Source: Oscillospiraceae bacterium (GTDB taxonomy: Bacteria; Bacillota; Clostridia; Oscillospirales; Ruminococcaceae). Taken from it: 48,214 nucleotides of DNA. The translations under genes and the position numbers were made by a program. Shown here piece by piece: positions 39,448 through 48,214 of this stretch. The notes beneath the pieces are model-generated. The model did not search any database, was not told the DNA's origin, and worked only from the letters and a program-made list of their open reading frames with translations. The stretch spans positions 1 through 48,214 of the forward strand of contig CAAEOA010000050.1 of NCBI GenBank assembly GCA_900757485.1, written 5' to 3'. Position 1 is the first letter of the stretch. Every line of letters begins with the position of its first letter.

Positions 39448-40758
39448 TTATTTCAGTTCAGTACCGCCCCATTCAACAACAGTGAAACCATTACGTTCGG
39501 GTGCGGTCAACTCCTGCTCAGGCAGATCCACAGCGGTCTCAGATGCCTGCCAAGCCATAAAGACACGAATCAGCGTGTCGGGAGCAGGATCTACTTCGAG
39601 CTGTGCTGCATCGGTGTAAATGTCAGTCTGGAAGGAAATGATATTATATGGGTTCTGCTCCATCAGAGGCAGCCAGTACACGATGAACTCATTGGCTTCA
39701 CGACGGGTAAGGCCGAGCTTATCCAGAGCATTCTCAAGGAACGCGGCGGTGTCTTCGCCCTTAACGCAGAAGCCTTTGGAAAGATCGTACTGTGCGTAGG
39801 TTTCGCCCTCCCAGTAAAGATAGTTATAAGTCTGTCCTTTCGCATCGGTCAGCGTTCCGTCCGGAGAGGCCGTAACCGTCCAACCATTGTTATATGCCGG
39901 GTAGGTGCAGGTCAGCTTACCATCAAGTGTAAGTTTAACGGACACGTCCATTCCTTTTTCGGGATACAGATAAATAACCGGCTTGTATGCTGCGTTAGGA
40001 TCCGGTTGCCAATCACTTGCTTCAACCGATGTGAAATCACATTCCACGCGCTGATTTTCCTGGTCATAATAGACGTTGGAATAGGTTGCTGTAATTTGGT
40101 CGCCCACACACCATTCATCAGATAACGTTCCGTTGAGCTTGATTTCATAGGGCATCGGAATAACCGTTCTTGCAAAGAAGCAGTTGGAATAGATCTTCGT
40201 AATCTTAATATGGTCAAAGATATTATGGTCATACTTTTCTGCAGTCGATTTATCCAACCATTGCTCGGTGTATTCTAAATGGCTAAGGTCATCGGACAGT
40301 TTCCAGCTTGTAGCATTAACCTGAGCCGGATAAGATTCCATAACATCGCCTTTATAGGTTACTTTAACAACGCTACCAACCTCAACCTCAATTTTCTCCA
40401 GGTCAGACATTCCGAAGGAAACTTTGTCGGTGCTCATGAGCATTGCACTATCTCCAACGGGCTGTACGGTGATAGATGTACCGTTTATTTCAAGGACAGT
40501 AGCTATGAAGCTATGCTCAACCTTGTCTTCTTCGTAGTACCAAAGACCGTCAATGGATTTGAAATTGTATGGGAAGAAATACACCCGTGTCTTGTCGTAA
40601 GTGCTATCGCCCGTGAGACGGTTCCAATCCACGATCTTATAGGTCAGAGCAGTGTATTCCCGTGTGCCGCCATCCTTATATACACCTGTCGGAATGGGGA
40701 TCACAAGAATGGCTAACAAAACAACGATAACTATGGGTATCCATATTTTCTTTTTCAT
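39448..40758 (-). CDS. N-terminally anchored extracytoplasmic protein, unknown family
   Basis: Signal-anchor MKKKIWIPIVIVVLLAILVIPIP followed by a 410-aa hydrophilic region. GGAGG SD. Confidence 0.65.
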   Translation of the reverse strand: MKKKIWIPIVIVVLLAILVIPIPTGVYKDGGTREYTALTYKIVDWNRLTGDSTYDKTRVYFFPYNFKSIDGLWYYEEDKVEHSFIATVLEINGTSITVQPVGDSAMLMSTDKVSFGMSDLEKIEVEVGSVVKVTYKGDVMESYPAQVNATSWKLSDDLSHLEYTEQWLDKSTAEKYDHNIFDHIKITKIYSNCFFARTVIPMPYEIKLNGTLSDEWCVGDQITATYSNVYYDQENQRVECDFTSVEASDWQPDPNAAYKPVIYLYPEKGMDVSVKLTLDGKLTCTYPAYNNGWTVTASPDGTLTDAKGQTYNYLYWEGETYAQYDLSKGFCVKGEDTAAFLENALDKLGLTRREANEFIVYWLPLMEQNPYNIISFQTDIYTDAAQLEVDPAPDTLIRVFMAWQASETAVDLPEQELTAPERNGFTVVEWGGTELK

Positions 40759-40770
40759 CGTGGCACCTCC

Positions 40771-42339
40771 TTATTCACCATATTCTACATCAATAATTTT
40801 ACCTTCATGTGTGATGGTAAAGACCTGATCTCCTCCGGCTGTGTTTTTCTTTGAGAAGCTTACAGTCCAAAGACCTTTCTCGGTATCAAATCTTGCGCTC
40901 GTCTGATTGTATTCAACAGTAACATCTTTCTTTGCAAGGTCGATGACCTGTTGTTCAGTCAGAACGCCTTCTGCTAACTTAACAGAGCTGAGAATTTGCA
41001 TTGCTTCATCACCATATTGACCCCACCATTTATCGGCACCTTCATTCATTGCCACATAGGATCCGGCCATGCCTCTGAAGCTGATAAAATCCCAAACTTT
41101 CTTGTTATCATAGGTGCCTTGCCACGCTTTATATTCTCCGACAGTAATTTCCTTTTCTTCGAGACCTGTACCGCAAACACCAAACGCAGTATAGTACCAC
41201 ATTTTGATTTTACCTTCGGTTTGGTCTGCAGGCCAGAAGGATATACAATACTCGTCGGGACTGTTTCCACGTTCCGTTTCATATTCCCAACCGTGAGGAA
41301 TGGTGAGCGTGATGTTAGAATATGCACCTGACTCACGCACAGTAGCCGGTTGAGTCTTAGGATTTATGCCATCTAAATACACGACTACGTCAGACTCACT
41401 TGCGACATTGATATCCTTTTCTGGCTCTATCAAAATATGCCATTCTGCCATATCACAGGTACCGACCTCTGGAACAATGGAACGAATACTGATATAGAGT
41501 TTTCCATTAGAACCTAATTTCACATTATCTACATTATGACGGTTTGAGCCGCTGCCTTCTTCCAGGAGAACCATCACAAGAATTTGGTCCTCAAAATATT
41601 CAGCGTTGTACTTATCGCAGGCATCAAGGAAGCCAATTGTACTGTCCGAAGCAGGATCTTCTCTGCGTTCAAGGCTGTATTTTTCCTTGTTCTCGTTATA
41701 ATAAGAATTCAATTCATCAACAGAGCGAATGATTTTAACCACCGGATATTCAACATCTTCGTTGTATCCATTTGTGCGAATATACTGAGGGGTAAAATCG
41801 ACAAAGGTTTTCTTCACATCACCGCTTGTATCCCCAACACGGGTAACGGTAAACTCTGCCCATAACTCGCATTCTGTGCTTTCGCCACCTCGCCCTTTAT
41901 CATAGACAAAGCAATCTGAGGTAAACCGGTATTTGCCGTTTTGAGAAATATCAAAGATATCGGTCAGATTGTAAGTTTGCTTCTGTGAGGATTTGGAACG
42001 CAATTCATAACCTATATCAGTAAATGCAAGGTTATCGAGGGTTACACAGCTTTTCCATTCGCCGTTTGTCTCTTTTTCAATTTCATAATCTTCGCCGTAA
42101 ACCACATCATAAGAAGTTTCGTTGTTCCATTTAACCTCAAGTTTAATTTCTTCATCATTCCAGATTGCATTTACAATCTGAACGTTCATACCTTCAAAAG
42201 TGGTATCTGTCTTGCCGATTTCGATGGTGGCCTTATCCGCTTTTATTATGCCATCTGCATGCCGACCAACATTTTGATTGCAGGCGGTGAGACCCACCAA
42301 AAGCAAGATAGATAACACAAGAGCTATTATTCGTTTCAT
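40771..42339 (-). CDS. Putative lipoprotein (possible PepSY-like C-terminus)
   Basis: MKRIIALVLSILLLVGLTAC lipobox. The PepSY-like call rests on the C-terminal LTEQQVIDLAKKDV...WTVSF...FTITHEGKIIDVE and is low confidence. Confidence 0.65.
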   Translation of the reverse strand: MKRIIALVLSILLLVGLTACNQNVGRHADGIIKADKATIEIGKTDTTFEGMNVQIVNAIWNDEEIKLEVKWNNETSYDVVYGEDYEIEKETNGEWKSCVTLDNLAFTDIGYELRSKSSQKQTYNLTDIFDISQNGKYRFTSDCFVYDKGRGGESTECELWAEFTVTRVGDTSGDVKKTFVDFTPQYIRTNGYNEDVEYPVVKIIRSVDELNSYYNENKEKYSLERREDPASDSTIGFLDACDKYNAEYFEDQILVMVLLEEGSGSNRHNVDNVKLGSNGKLYISIRSIVPEVGTCDMAEWHILIEPEKDINVASESDVVVYLDGINPKTQPATVRESGAYSNITLTIPHGWEYETERGNSPDEYCISFWPADQTEGKIKMWYYTAFGVCGTGLEEKEITVGEYKAWQGTYDNKKVWDFISFRGMAGSYVAMNEGADKWWGQYGDEAMQILSSVKLAEGVLTEQQVIDLAKKDVTVEYNQTSARFDTEKGLWTVSFSKKNTAGGDQVFTITHEGKIIDVEYGE

Positions 42340-42956
42340 TGGGAATCCCCCTCCCATGTAATTGTTAATCCAAGCATATCCAGCAGATTAGAACGCTGGT
42401 CTTCTGTCAAAGTAGTTTCTTGCTTCGTTGTTTCATTGATCAATTTGTCCCCGGAAAGAGAATATATGGTTTGTGTGCCATTCTCGGTGGTAAAGATTAT
42501 TCTAAATCCAGAAGACAGATTGGTGGTTCCGCTTTGCGAATAGTCCTTGTTTTCCGTTAACGCATCATCTTCTGCCTCTTCATTGACAGATTCCTTATTA
42601 CCTCCACCGGAGCTCACAAAGGACGATTGGACGGTATAGTAAATCTGCGCCACCTCATCGACATCATCCTTCAGGATTGTGGACTGTGTGGCAGTACCGG
42701 TGCTCATAACCTCTACACGAACAAACGCTGCGTCAGTACCATCAACACCACCCATCATGTCCATACCTTCTCCAGCACTATTATTACTTTTATTTGCCGG
42801 CATCATTGCAGGTAGTATCATAATCGACCACACGGTAACAATCAGGCAGAGAGGGATACACAGAGCCAGGATGCGATTGCGGTTTCTCTTACGCTCTTTT
42901 ATTCGTTTTTCACTACGACGGAAAACTTCCGCCGTGCATTCATTTATTTCTCTCAT
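42336..42956 (-). CDS. Putative anti-sigma factor (single TM)
   Basis: ATGA-coupled to the ECF sigma gene. Basic N-terminus, TM ILALCIPLCLIVTVWSIMILPAMM, extracytoplasmic C-terminus. Confidence 0.6.
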   Translation of the reverse strand: MREINECTAEVFRRSEKRIKERKRNRNRILALCIPLCLIVTVWSIMILPAMMPANKSNNSAGEGMDMMGGVDGTDAAFVRVEVMSTGTATQSTILKDDVDEVAQIYYTVQSSFVSSGGGNKESVNEEAEDDALTENKDYSQSGTTNLSSGFRIIFTTENGTQTIYSLSGDKLINETTKQETTLTEDQRSNLLDMLGLTITWEGDSQ

Positions 42957-43501
42957 AATAACAGCTCACCATCCTCTCCAAGAATGATGCGAAGTTCCTT
43001 TTTAGCGCGATATAACAGGTTATCTACTTGTTTTCGGTTTTTCTTCATAACCTTGGCTGCTTCGTCATAGGTCATCTCTTCAAAATAGATTAGGTGTATG
43101 ACAACACGCATATCCTCCGGCAGTTTAGAAATAGCAGCGTGTACCACACGCTTTCGCTCATCGGCAAGGACAAGTTCTTCCAGTGTTTTCTCATCCTCAA
43201 GACCTTCTGCCTCGGACAGTTCGACAAAGCTCAATACCTTACGATGTTTTATGTAATCGAGCGCACGACTGCGACCAAGCATAAAGACATAGGTTTTGAG
43301 CGTCACCTTGAAATTGTACCGATGTTTATGTACGACAAGATCCGAAAAGGTATCTATCGCAATATCTTCGGCTGCGTGAACGTCATGCACATAACCATCA
43401 ATGAAGAATACGAGACTGCGAAACAGCTCCTTCATTATCTCGTTAAAGGCACTTTCATCACCATCAAGGAAACGGCGGTAGCTACTTGCGCCGTTATCCA
43501 T
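42953..43501 (-). CDS. ECF-type sigma-70 family RNA polymerase sigma factor
   Basis: Region 2 (VHAAEDIAIDTFSDLVV) and region 4 (MTYDEAAKVMKKNRKQVDNLLYRAKKELR). Start moved to MDNGASS (GGAGG SD). Confidence 0.85.
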   Translation of the reverse strand: MDNGASSYRRFLDGDESAFNEIMKELFRSLVFFIDGYVHDVHAAEDIAIDTFSDLVVHKHRYNFKVTLKTYVFMLGRSRALDYIKHRKVLSFVELSEAEGLEDEKTLEELVLADERKRVVHAAISKLPEDMRVVIHLIYFEEMTYDEAAKVMKKNRKQVDNLLYRAKKELRIILGEDGELLL

Positions 43502-43546
43502 ATAGGTTCCTCCTAAACTTGGGATCACGTCTGACCCCTTCACTTA

Positions 43547-43573
43547 TTATACGACTGAGCAGGGTGCAGTTCC
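43547..43573 (-). promoter_or_regulatory. Candidate ECF-type promoter (GGAAC-N15-CGTATAA)
   Basis: Reverse complement of 43569-43573 is GGAAC and of 43547-43553 is CGTATAA. It resembles AAC...CGT ECF promoters, though the spacer is 1-2 nt short of typical. Confidence 0.35.
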
Positions 43574-43580
43574 TTATTAG

Positions 43581-43622
43581 AAAACGCAAAAGCCCGTAAC
43601 TTTTTTACAAGTTACAGGCTTT
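43581..43622 (-). terminator. Intrinsic terminator after GNAT gene
   Basis: Minus strand AAAGCCTGTAACTT-gtaaaa-AAGTTACGGGCTTT followed by TGCGTTTTC. One G-U pair forms on the minus strand only. Confidence 0.7.
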
Positions 43623-43675
43623 CAACATCGTCCGTGTTCTGTTCGTGGCAGGCTGATGATGCCTATAACCAAAAC

Positions 43676-44335
43676 TTATTCTACACCGTGCATTCCCATT
43701 TTTTCTCGCAGATCTCCGAGGCTCTTATCATACTGGGACTGCGAAATTGCATGTTTCTCAAGGAAAGTGTCAAGCAAGTTTTTTTGTTTCAAAAACAACT
43801 GAACCTTTTGCCAACGTTCCCTGGTCATCAAGTTACAATGACCGGTTCTGATTTCATTCATCAGACTCACTTCAAGTCCCTCGGTCTTATGCTGATATAC
43901 AAAACCCAGTTTGGTCTGTACTTTTCGGGATTTTTCATTACCATCGTAGTACCCACACCACACAGCTCGCATACCAAGTTTCTCAAAGGCATAGCGAAGC
44001 AGTTCACGGGAAGCTTCAGGAATCAGCCCTTGTCCCCAAAACGGTTTACCAATCCAGTAACCAAGCTCACATTCATCATCTCTATCGGTCATATCGGTAT
44101 GTCCATTCAAATGCAATCCTATGCTACCAATGGGCTTACCTTCCTTAAGACAAACAGCATATGTTTCTTGTCGTGAAAGTACATTTCTTATTATGTCTCG
44201 GCTGTTCTCCACACTTGTATGCGGTGGCCAGCCGGCAGGCGGTCCAACTTCTGGATCACTTGCATATTTATATAGTTCTTCGGCATCTTCCTCCGACCAT
44301 GGACGAAGGATGAGCCTTTCCGTTTCTAATGTCAT
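43676..44335 (-). CDS. GNAT-family N-acetyltransferase (RimJ/RimL-like) with C-terminal extension
   Basis: TERLILRPWSEEDAEELYKYASDPEV...GYWIGKPFWGQGLIPEASRELLRYAF. Confidence 0.8.
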   Translation of the reverse strand: MTLETERLILRPWSEEDAEELYKYASDPEVGPPAGWPPHTSVENSRDIIRNVLSRQETYAVCLKEGKPIGSIGLHLNGHTDMTDRDDECELGYWIGKPFWGQGLIPEASRELLRYAFEKLGMRAVWCGYYDGNEKSRKVQTKLGFVYQHKTEGLEVSLMNEIRTGHCNLMTRERWQKVQLFLKQKNLLDTFLEKHAISQSQYDKSLGDLREKMGMHGVE

Positions 44336-44346
44336 TTATCTCACCG

Positions 44347-45588
44347 TTACGCCTTCCAAACAGCCTTTAAAATTGCACCGAGCTTCGGAGTAGTTCCATA
44401 CATCAGAACACCCACACGATAGATCTTTGCGGAAAGAACTCCAACACCAATGGTGGAACCAATCAGAATGGCTATGGAGATCAGAATTTCATACAGCGGA
44501 ACTGTGCTCATACAGATCCTTGTAAACATCGCCATCGGTGATGTGAACGGAATGTAGGAGCAAACAGTCATAATGGTGTTATCAATATTGCCGGAAGACA
44601 TCGAGAACATAACCACAAAGAACGCGATAATGAAGAGCATCGTTATCGGCATAACCGAGGTGTTGATATCCTCCAGTTTTGAGGCTGTAGATCCCACTGC
44701 ACCAAACATAAAGGCATAGATGAGGAAGCCCAAAACGAAGAACACAAGCATATACACAAACAGCTCCGGCGGAATATTAAAGATGGAGTCCACAATCTCA
44801 TTCCCGCCCCAGTAAGACTTATTGATGTTATAGAACAGGAGAGCCGAACCGAAAATGGCAATCAGCTGAACAAGACCCGCGATGCAGGAAGCCAGTACCT
44901 TACCGAACATCATAGAGGTAGGCTTGGCACTGGTAATCAGCACTTCCATTGCACGGGAACTCTTCTCGGTTGCCACGTTCGTTGCCACCATCTGACCGTA
45001 CAGAAGGATAACCATATACAACGCAAAGATCATTATGTAGGTATAGAAGAAGTTCTGAAACTGATCCTTACCGAGACTTTCAACCTCGCCGGTAATCTGG
45101 ATGTTCATGACCTCGCCTGCCTGCTCCACAGTCATACCACCGTTGATCATTGCATTCATCTGATAGATCTGCTGCAGGACCTCGGTAGCAATCTCAGAGT
45201 TCATATCATACATAGAGAGATTGTTAACGTAGTAGGTAAAGGATGTCGGTCCGGTCATCACAAAGGCGCATTCTACTTCGCCTGCCGTGATCTTATCTTT
45301 GATAGCAGACACATCATCGCCGAAGCTCTGCACATCATAATCTACGAATGCTGCAGCGAAGGTCTCGCGTACCATATCCTCCTGCGCCGAATCTTCCGCC
45401 ATAACAAGCATTACGGGAAGATCTGCAGGAGTATCCACAGTATCTTTCTTTTCAAACAAGGTTGTAATGCGCGGGAAGAACATCACCACAGCAATCAGCA
45501 GGGCAAGGAAGATCGTAACACCCACAAAAACCTTGTTCTTGAGATAGTATTTCAGTTCAAATTTCAGTATCTTTCCAAACTGTTTCAT
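44347..45588 (-). CDS. ABC-2 family transporter permease (NatB-like)
   Basis: 413 aa. N-terminal TM, a large loop, then 5 C-terminal TM segments. Follows the ATPase gene. Confidence 0.75.
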   Translation of the reverse strand: MKQFGKILKFELKYYLKNKVFVGVTIFLALLIAVVMFFPRITTLFEKKDTVDTPADLPVMLVMAEDSAQEDMVRETFAAAFVDYDVQSFGDDVSAIKDKITAGEVECAFVMTGPTSFTYYVNNLSMYDMNSEIATEVLQQIYQMNAMINGGMTVEQAGEVMNIQITGEVESLGKDQFQNFFYTYIMIFALYMVILLYGQMVATNVATEKSSRAMEVLITSAKPTSMMFGKVLASCIAGLVQLIAIFGSALLFYNINKSYWGGNEIVDSIFNIPPELFVYMLVFFVLGFLIYAFMFGAVGSTASKLEDINTSVMPITMLFIIAFFVVMFSMSSGNIDNTIMTVCSYIPFTSPMAMFTRICMSTVPLYEILISIAILIGSTIGVGVLSAKIYRVGVLMYGTTPKLGAILKAVWKA

Positions 45589-45591
45589 CGC

Positions 45592-46491
45592 TTAGTCCTC
45601 CTTTGTAGCGTCGCCTGCATACTCGACAAAAATATCGTTGAGGGAGGGTTCAAACACCTTAACCTCATCAATATCATAATTCTCAACCAATCGTGCCATA
45701 ACTGTCTTCTTCTCATCGGCAGAAGCAAGCTGAATCATCAGATCACCGTTTTCCATAACGGTACAGACGTCACCGAAGTCTGCCAGGATCTTTTCAGAAG
45801 ACTCTGTACGGACAGCCAAACGTTCGCGGGGATAATCTCTTTTGATGTCGTGCAGATCACCATGCAGTGCGACCTTACCGGCATTGAGGATGGCAATGCT
45901 GTCGCAAAACTCCTCGATGTAGCTCATCTGATGACTGGAGAACAATACAATTTTGCCCTTTCCGATCTGCTCCTTCACCACATCCTTAAGCAGCATTGCA
46001 TTCACGGGGTCCAAGCCCGAGAACGGCTCGTCGAGGATCACAATATCGGGATCGTGTGCCAATGCGGTAATGAGCTGTATTTTCTGCTGATTACCCTTGG
46101 AGAGCGTATCCAGGCGCTTGTTGCGATACTCGGTCATACCCAGTCTGCCGAGCCAGTAGTCCACCGCCGCTACCGCGTCCTTGTGGCTCATACCTTTCAG
46201 CTCTGCAAAATAGGTAAGCTGATCAATAATAATCTTTTTCGGATACAGACCTCTTTCTTCGGGAAGATAGCCGATACCGATTTTGTTGTAATCAATTGGC
46301 TGACCATCGATCAGCACTTCGCCGCTGTTTGCGGGAAACACATCCATTAAAATACGGATAGACGTGGTCTTGCCGGCACCGTTTCTGCCGAGTAGTCCGA
46401 AGGCTTTGCCACCCTCAGCTTTGAATGAAACTCCGGTGAGAACTTTCTTCTCACCAAAGGATTTTTCTATGTTTCTAAGTTCCAGTATCAT
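45592..46491 (-). CDS. ABC transporter ATP-binding protein (NatA-like)
   Basis: Walker A GRNGAGKTT, signature LSKGNQQK, Walker B IVILDEP. Start moved to MILELRN (GGGAGG SD). Confidence 0.9.
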   Translation of the reverse strand: MILELRNIEKSFGEKKVLTGVSFKAEGGKAFGLLGRNGAGKTTSIRILMDVFPANSGEVLIDGQPIDYNKIGIGYLPEERGLYPKKIIIDQLTYFAELKGMSHKDAVAAVDYWLGRLGMTEYRNKRLDTLSKGNQQKIQLITALAHDPDIVILDEPFSGLDPVNAMLLKDVVKEQIGKGKIVLFSSHQMSYIEEFCDSIAILNAGKVALHGDLHDIKRDYPRERLAVRTESSEKILADFGDVCTVMENGDLMIQLASADEKKTVMARLVENYDIDEVKVFEPSLNDIFVEYAGDATKED

Positions 46492-46516
46492 TTGTCTTTG
46501 TCCTCCCATACTGATT

Positions 46517-47458
46517 TTACAGTGCTGCATTAACGATCAGCTCATCCAACTTTGTCTGCACTGCCTTCTGGTCTTTTTCAGCAGAAGCAAGCATTGAAGC
46601 AAGCTTGTCCAGCACCGCCTGTATTTGTTTGATAACGTTCTTAACTTCAGCCTGCGATTCTTCGATTTTATCGAGAACAGCCCAGTCTGCGAATAGGCCA
46701 TCAAAGAAGTAATCGGCAAAACGAAGGAATCCATCAATATTTACCTGCATTTCAGCACGGATGGTGACGTCGGCAAGCTCAGTCTTAAATCGTCTGAGCT
46801 GTACCTGCAGATGTTCAATTTCTTCCTGAGCATCATCGAGAGAACTGTGCTTTGCAAGGTCAGAAATCAAACCACCACCAAGAAGATCCCAGGTACCCCA
46901 ACCTTCGGCATCATCAAGTTCCGAAAGGACCTGCTCGGCAATGTTCTTTGCCTTGGTTCCGGCAGAGATTGCTTCTCTGATTTCCTTTTTCTGATTTTCC
47001 AGATTAGATATCTGCTCCTCATACTGAAGGATCTTTTCAGAGACGGGGGTTGCCGTCGATTTCAGCAGTTGAACCTTCTGCTTGAGGGCATAGGCATATT
47101 TCATCTCAATGTCTTTTAGCGTGGCAAGCTCGTCCTCATATCGGCTGATACGTCGCTGAACGAGATCCATTTCCTGCATAGCTACATCGTATTTCGCTCT
47201 GGCTGTTACCGCCTCACGACGCTGCTCATCAAGCTTTTCTTCTTTCTTACCAACGATACCATAGAACAGTGCAGTAAGTCCCCGTCCTTCCAAACGGTCC
47301 ACATCGGACTGCTCTTTTTCCATAACATCCCTCAAATTGCTGACCTTCGATTCAAGCTCAGTTCTCTGGGTGTATAGTTCTTTCAACAGTGCCTGCAGGT
47401 GCTTCTTTCTTGCGATCTGTTGTTGCAATGTCTGTAATTCTTCGTCGTAATAGGTCAT
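46517..47458 (-). CDS. Coiled-coil hypothetical protein
   Basis: 313 aa with heptad-rich E/K/Q/L composition throughout. No family recognised. Confidence 0.6.
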   Translation of the reverse strand: MTYYDEELQTLQQQIARKKHLQALLKELYTQRTELESKVSNLRDVMEKEQSDVDRLEGRGLTALFYGIVGKKEEKLDEQRREAVTARAKYDVAMQEMDLVQRRISRYEDELATLKDIEMKYAYALKQKVQLLKSTATPVSEKILQYEEQISNLENQKKEIREAISAGTKAKNIAEQVLSELDDAEGWGTWDLLGGGLISDLAKHSSLDDAQEEIEHLQVQLRRFKTELADVTIRAEMQVNIDGFLRFADYFFDGLFADWAVLDKIEESQAEVKNVIKQIQAVLDKLASMLASAEKDQKAVQTKLDELIVNAAL

Positions 47459-47462
47459 TTGC

Positions 47463-48214
47463 TTATCCTCGATTCTGTGCTTTTTCTATACGTTCTTTCA
47501 GTACGTTAACCTCGTGTCCGTGGATTGGATCCTCGAACTGGAATTTTCTTGTTTTACCACGCACATCGGTAAATTCAAAGAAAAAGTAATATCTTCGTTC
47601 TGCCGCCTCATAGTAATGTGCTCTTGTGCGAACTACCTTTTTAATTCGTCTGCAACTTGCAATTTCGTGGTAATCATAATATTGTCCGTCAAAAGCGTTG
47701 GTTCGGCAATAAAAACCATTCTCCTTAATCTCTACCTTGAAAAATGTATTATTGTTGATCAGGTAGATGAGTACGAATAGTGCGATCGCAACACCCGGAA
47801 CAGCCAAATACATCTGTCCGGTTGCCTTTATAATAACCGCATCAATAATAGCAACCACAATAAGCAGTACAATAGCGATGACAATTCTTGTCCTTCCAAA
47901 TACCTTACCATCAATAAGGTATTCTGTCTTTTCATTTCTGTCCTCAGTAAATTCTTCACACGCAGATACTTCGATTCTTTTGATAAGGTAATTCACTGCT
48001 TTTTCGTCAGCAAAGAAAAATTGAAAGCGTATCACAGGGATACCGGGAATCTCAATGTTACAGTAATCTTCCTGCGCTCTATTTTGTGCTTCTCCGGAAT
48101 TGATCCACGCTTTTTCCACTTCGGCATAGTTGTAGAACTTACCATTGTTCGGACCGGTCTGATAATAAAAGCCGTCCTTACCAATCAAAACCTTGAAAAA
48201 AGCAAGCCTATAAA
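47463..48214 (-). CDS. Membrane protein (2 central TM), possibly 5'-truncated by the window edge
   Basis: The track ORF starts at a TTG (48188), but the frame stays open to the window end. Central TM pair IVIAIVLLIVVAIIDAVII / LAVPGVAIALFVLIYLI. Confidence 0.55.
   Translation of the reverse strand, partial: YRLAFFKVLIGKDGFYYQTGPNNGKFYNYAEVEKAWINSGEAQNRAQEDYCNIEIPGIPVIRFQFFFADEKAVNYLIKRIEVSACEEFTEDRNEKTEYLIDGKVFGRTRIVIAIVLLIVVAIIDAVIIKATGQMYLAVPGVAIALFVLIYLINNNTFFKVEIKENGFYCRTNAFDGQYYDYHEIASCRRIKKVVRTRAHYYEAAERRYYFFFEFTDVRGKTRKFQFEDPIHGHEVNVLKERIEKAQNRG

Noticed and set aside
1-48214. tRNA, rRNA or tmRNA genes (also as possible integration targets near 27450-27560)
   Set aside because: I could not recognise any cloverleaf-compatible sequence or rRNA-like conserved block by eye. 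This needs tRNAscan-SE or Infernal to be certain.

Overview
The window looks like a Firmicutes/Clostridia-type chromosomal region. This is an inference from GGAGG Shine-Dalgarno sites, about 60 of 64 genes lying on the minus strand, and the gene content. No database search was possible. I read four blocks.

(1) 1-5.7 kb and 16.7-27.4 kb form an integrative mobile-element-like backbone. It carries an AAA+ ATPase, an SSB-like protein, two YkgJ-type Cys-cluster proteins, YodL-like and DUF4262-like proteins, an N6-methylase-like ORF frame-split from a BRCT ORF, a sigma-region-4/alpha-CTD fusion, AbrB and XRE regulators, a class B sortase and a terminal tyrosine recombinase. An 11-6-11 inverted-repeat core site with two extra direct half-sites lies next to the recombinase.

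(2) 5.9-16.7 kb is a cargo island bounded by terminators. It encodes an OmpR-type response regulator, an intramembrane-type histidine kinase, two tandem ABC-2 transporter pairs, cardiolipin synthase, a TetR regulator, three paralogous small 2-TM proteins and two internally repetitive small proteins. Four promoters in it share the same array of 8-bp direct repeats at 11-bp phasing, each placed 9 nt from the -10 box.

(3) 27.6-29.9 kb is a plus-strand trio: a small HTH protein, an AlbA_2/HATPase_c_4 protein and an XRE protein.

(4) 30-43.5 kb holds five consecutive transmembrane-signalling modules: two BlaI/BlaR(M56), one XRE-TM and two ECF sigma/anti-sigma. Near-identical hairpins separate them. 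A GNAT gene, an ABC-2 transporter and two uncharacterised genes follow.

The most unusual non-coding signal is a conserved unit present twice, upstream of ssb and of the 22.7-kb operon. Each copy is a consensus promoter followed by a roughly 90-nt structured leader and an intrinsic terminator. The two hairpins differ in sequence between copies but keep their pairing. More terminators sit directly in front of ORFs elsewhere in the element, which suggests a processive-antitermination or riboregulatory circuit. I saw no rRNA, tRNA or CRISPR.
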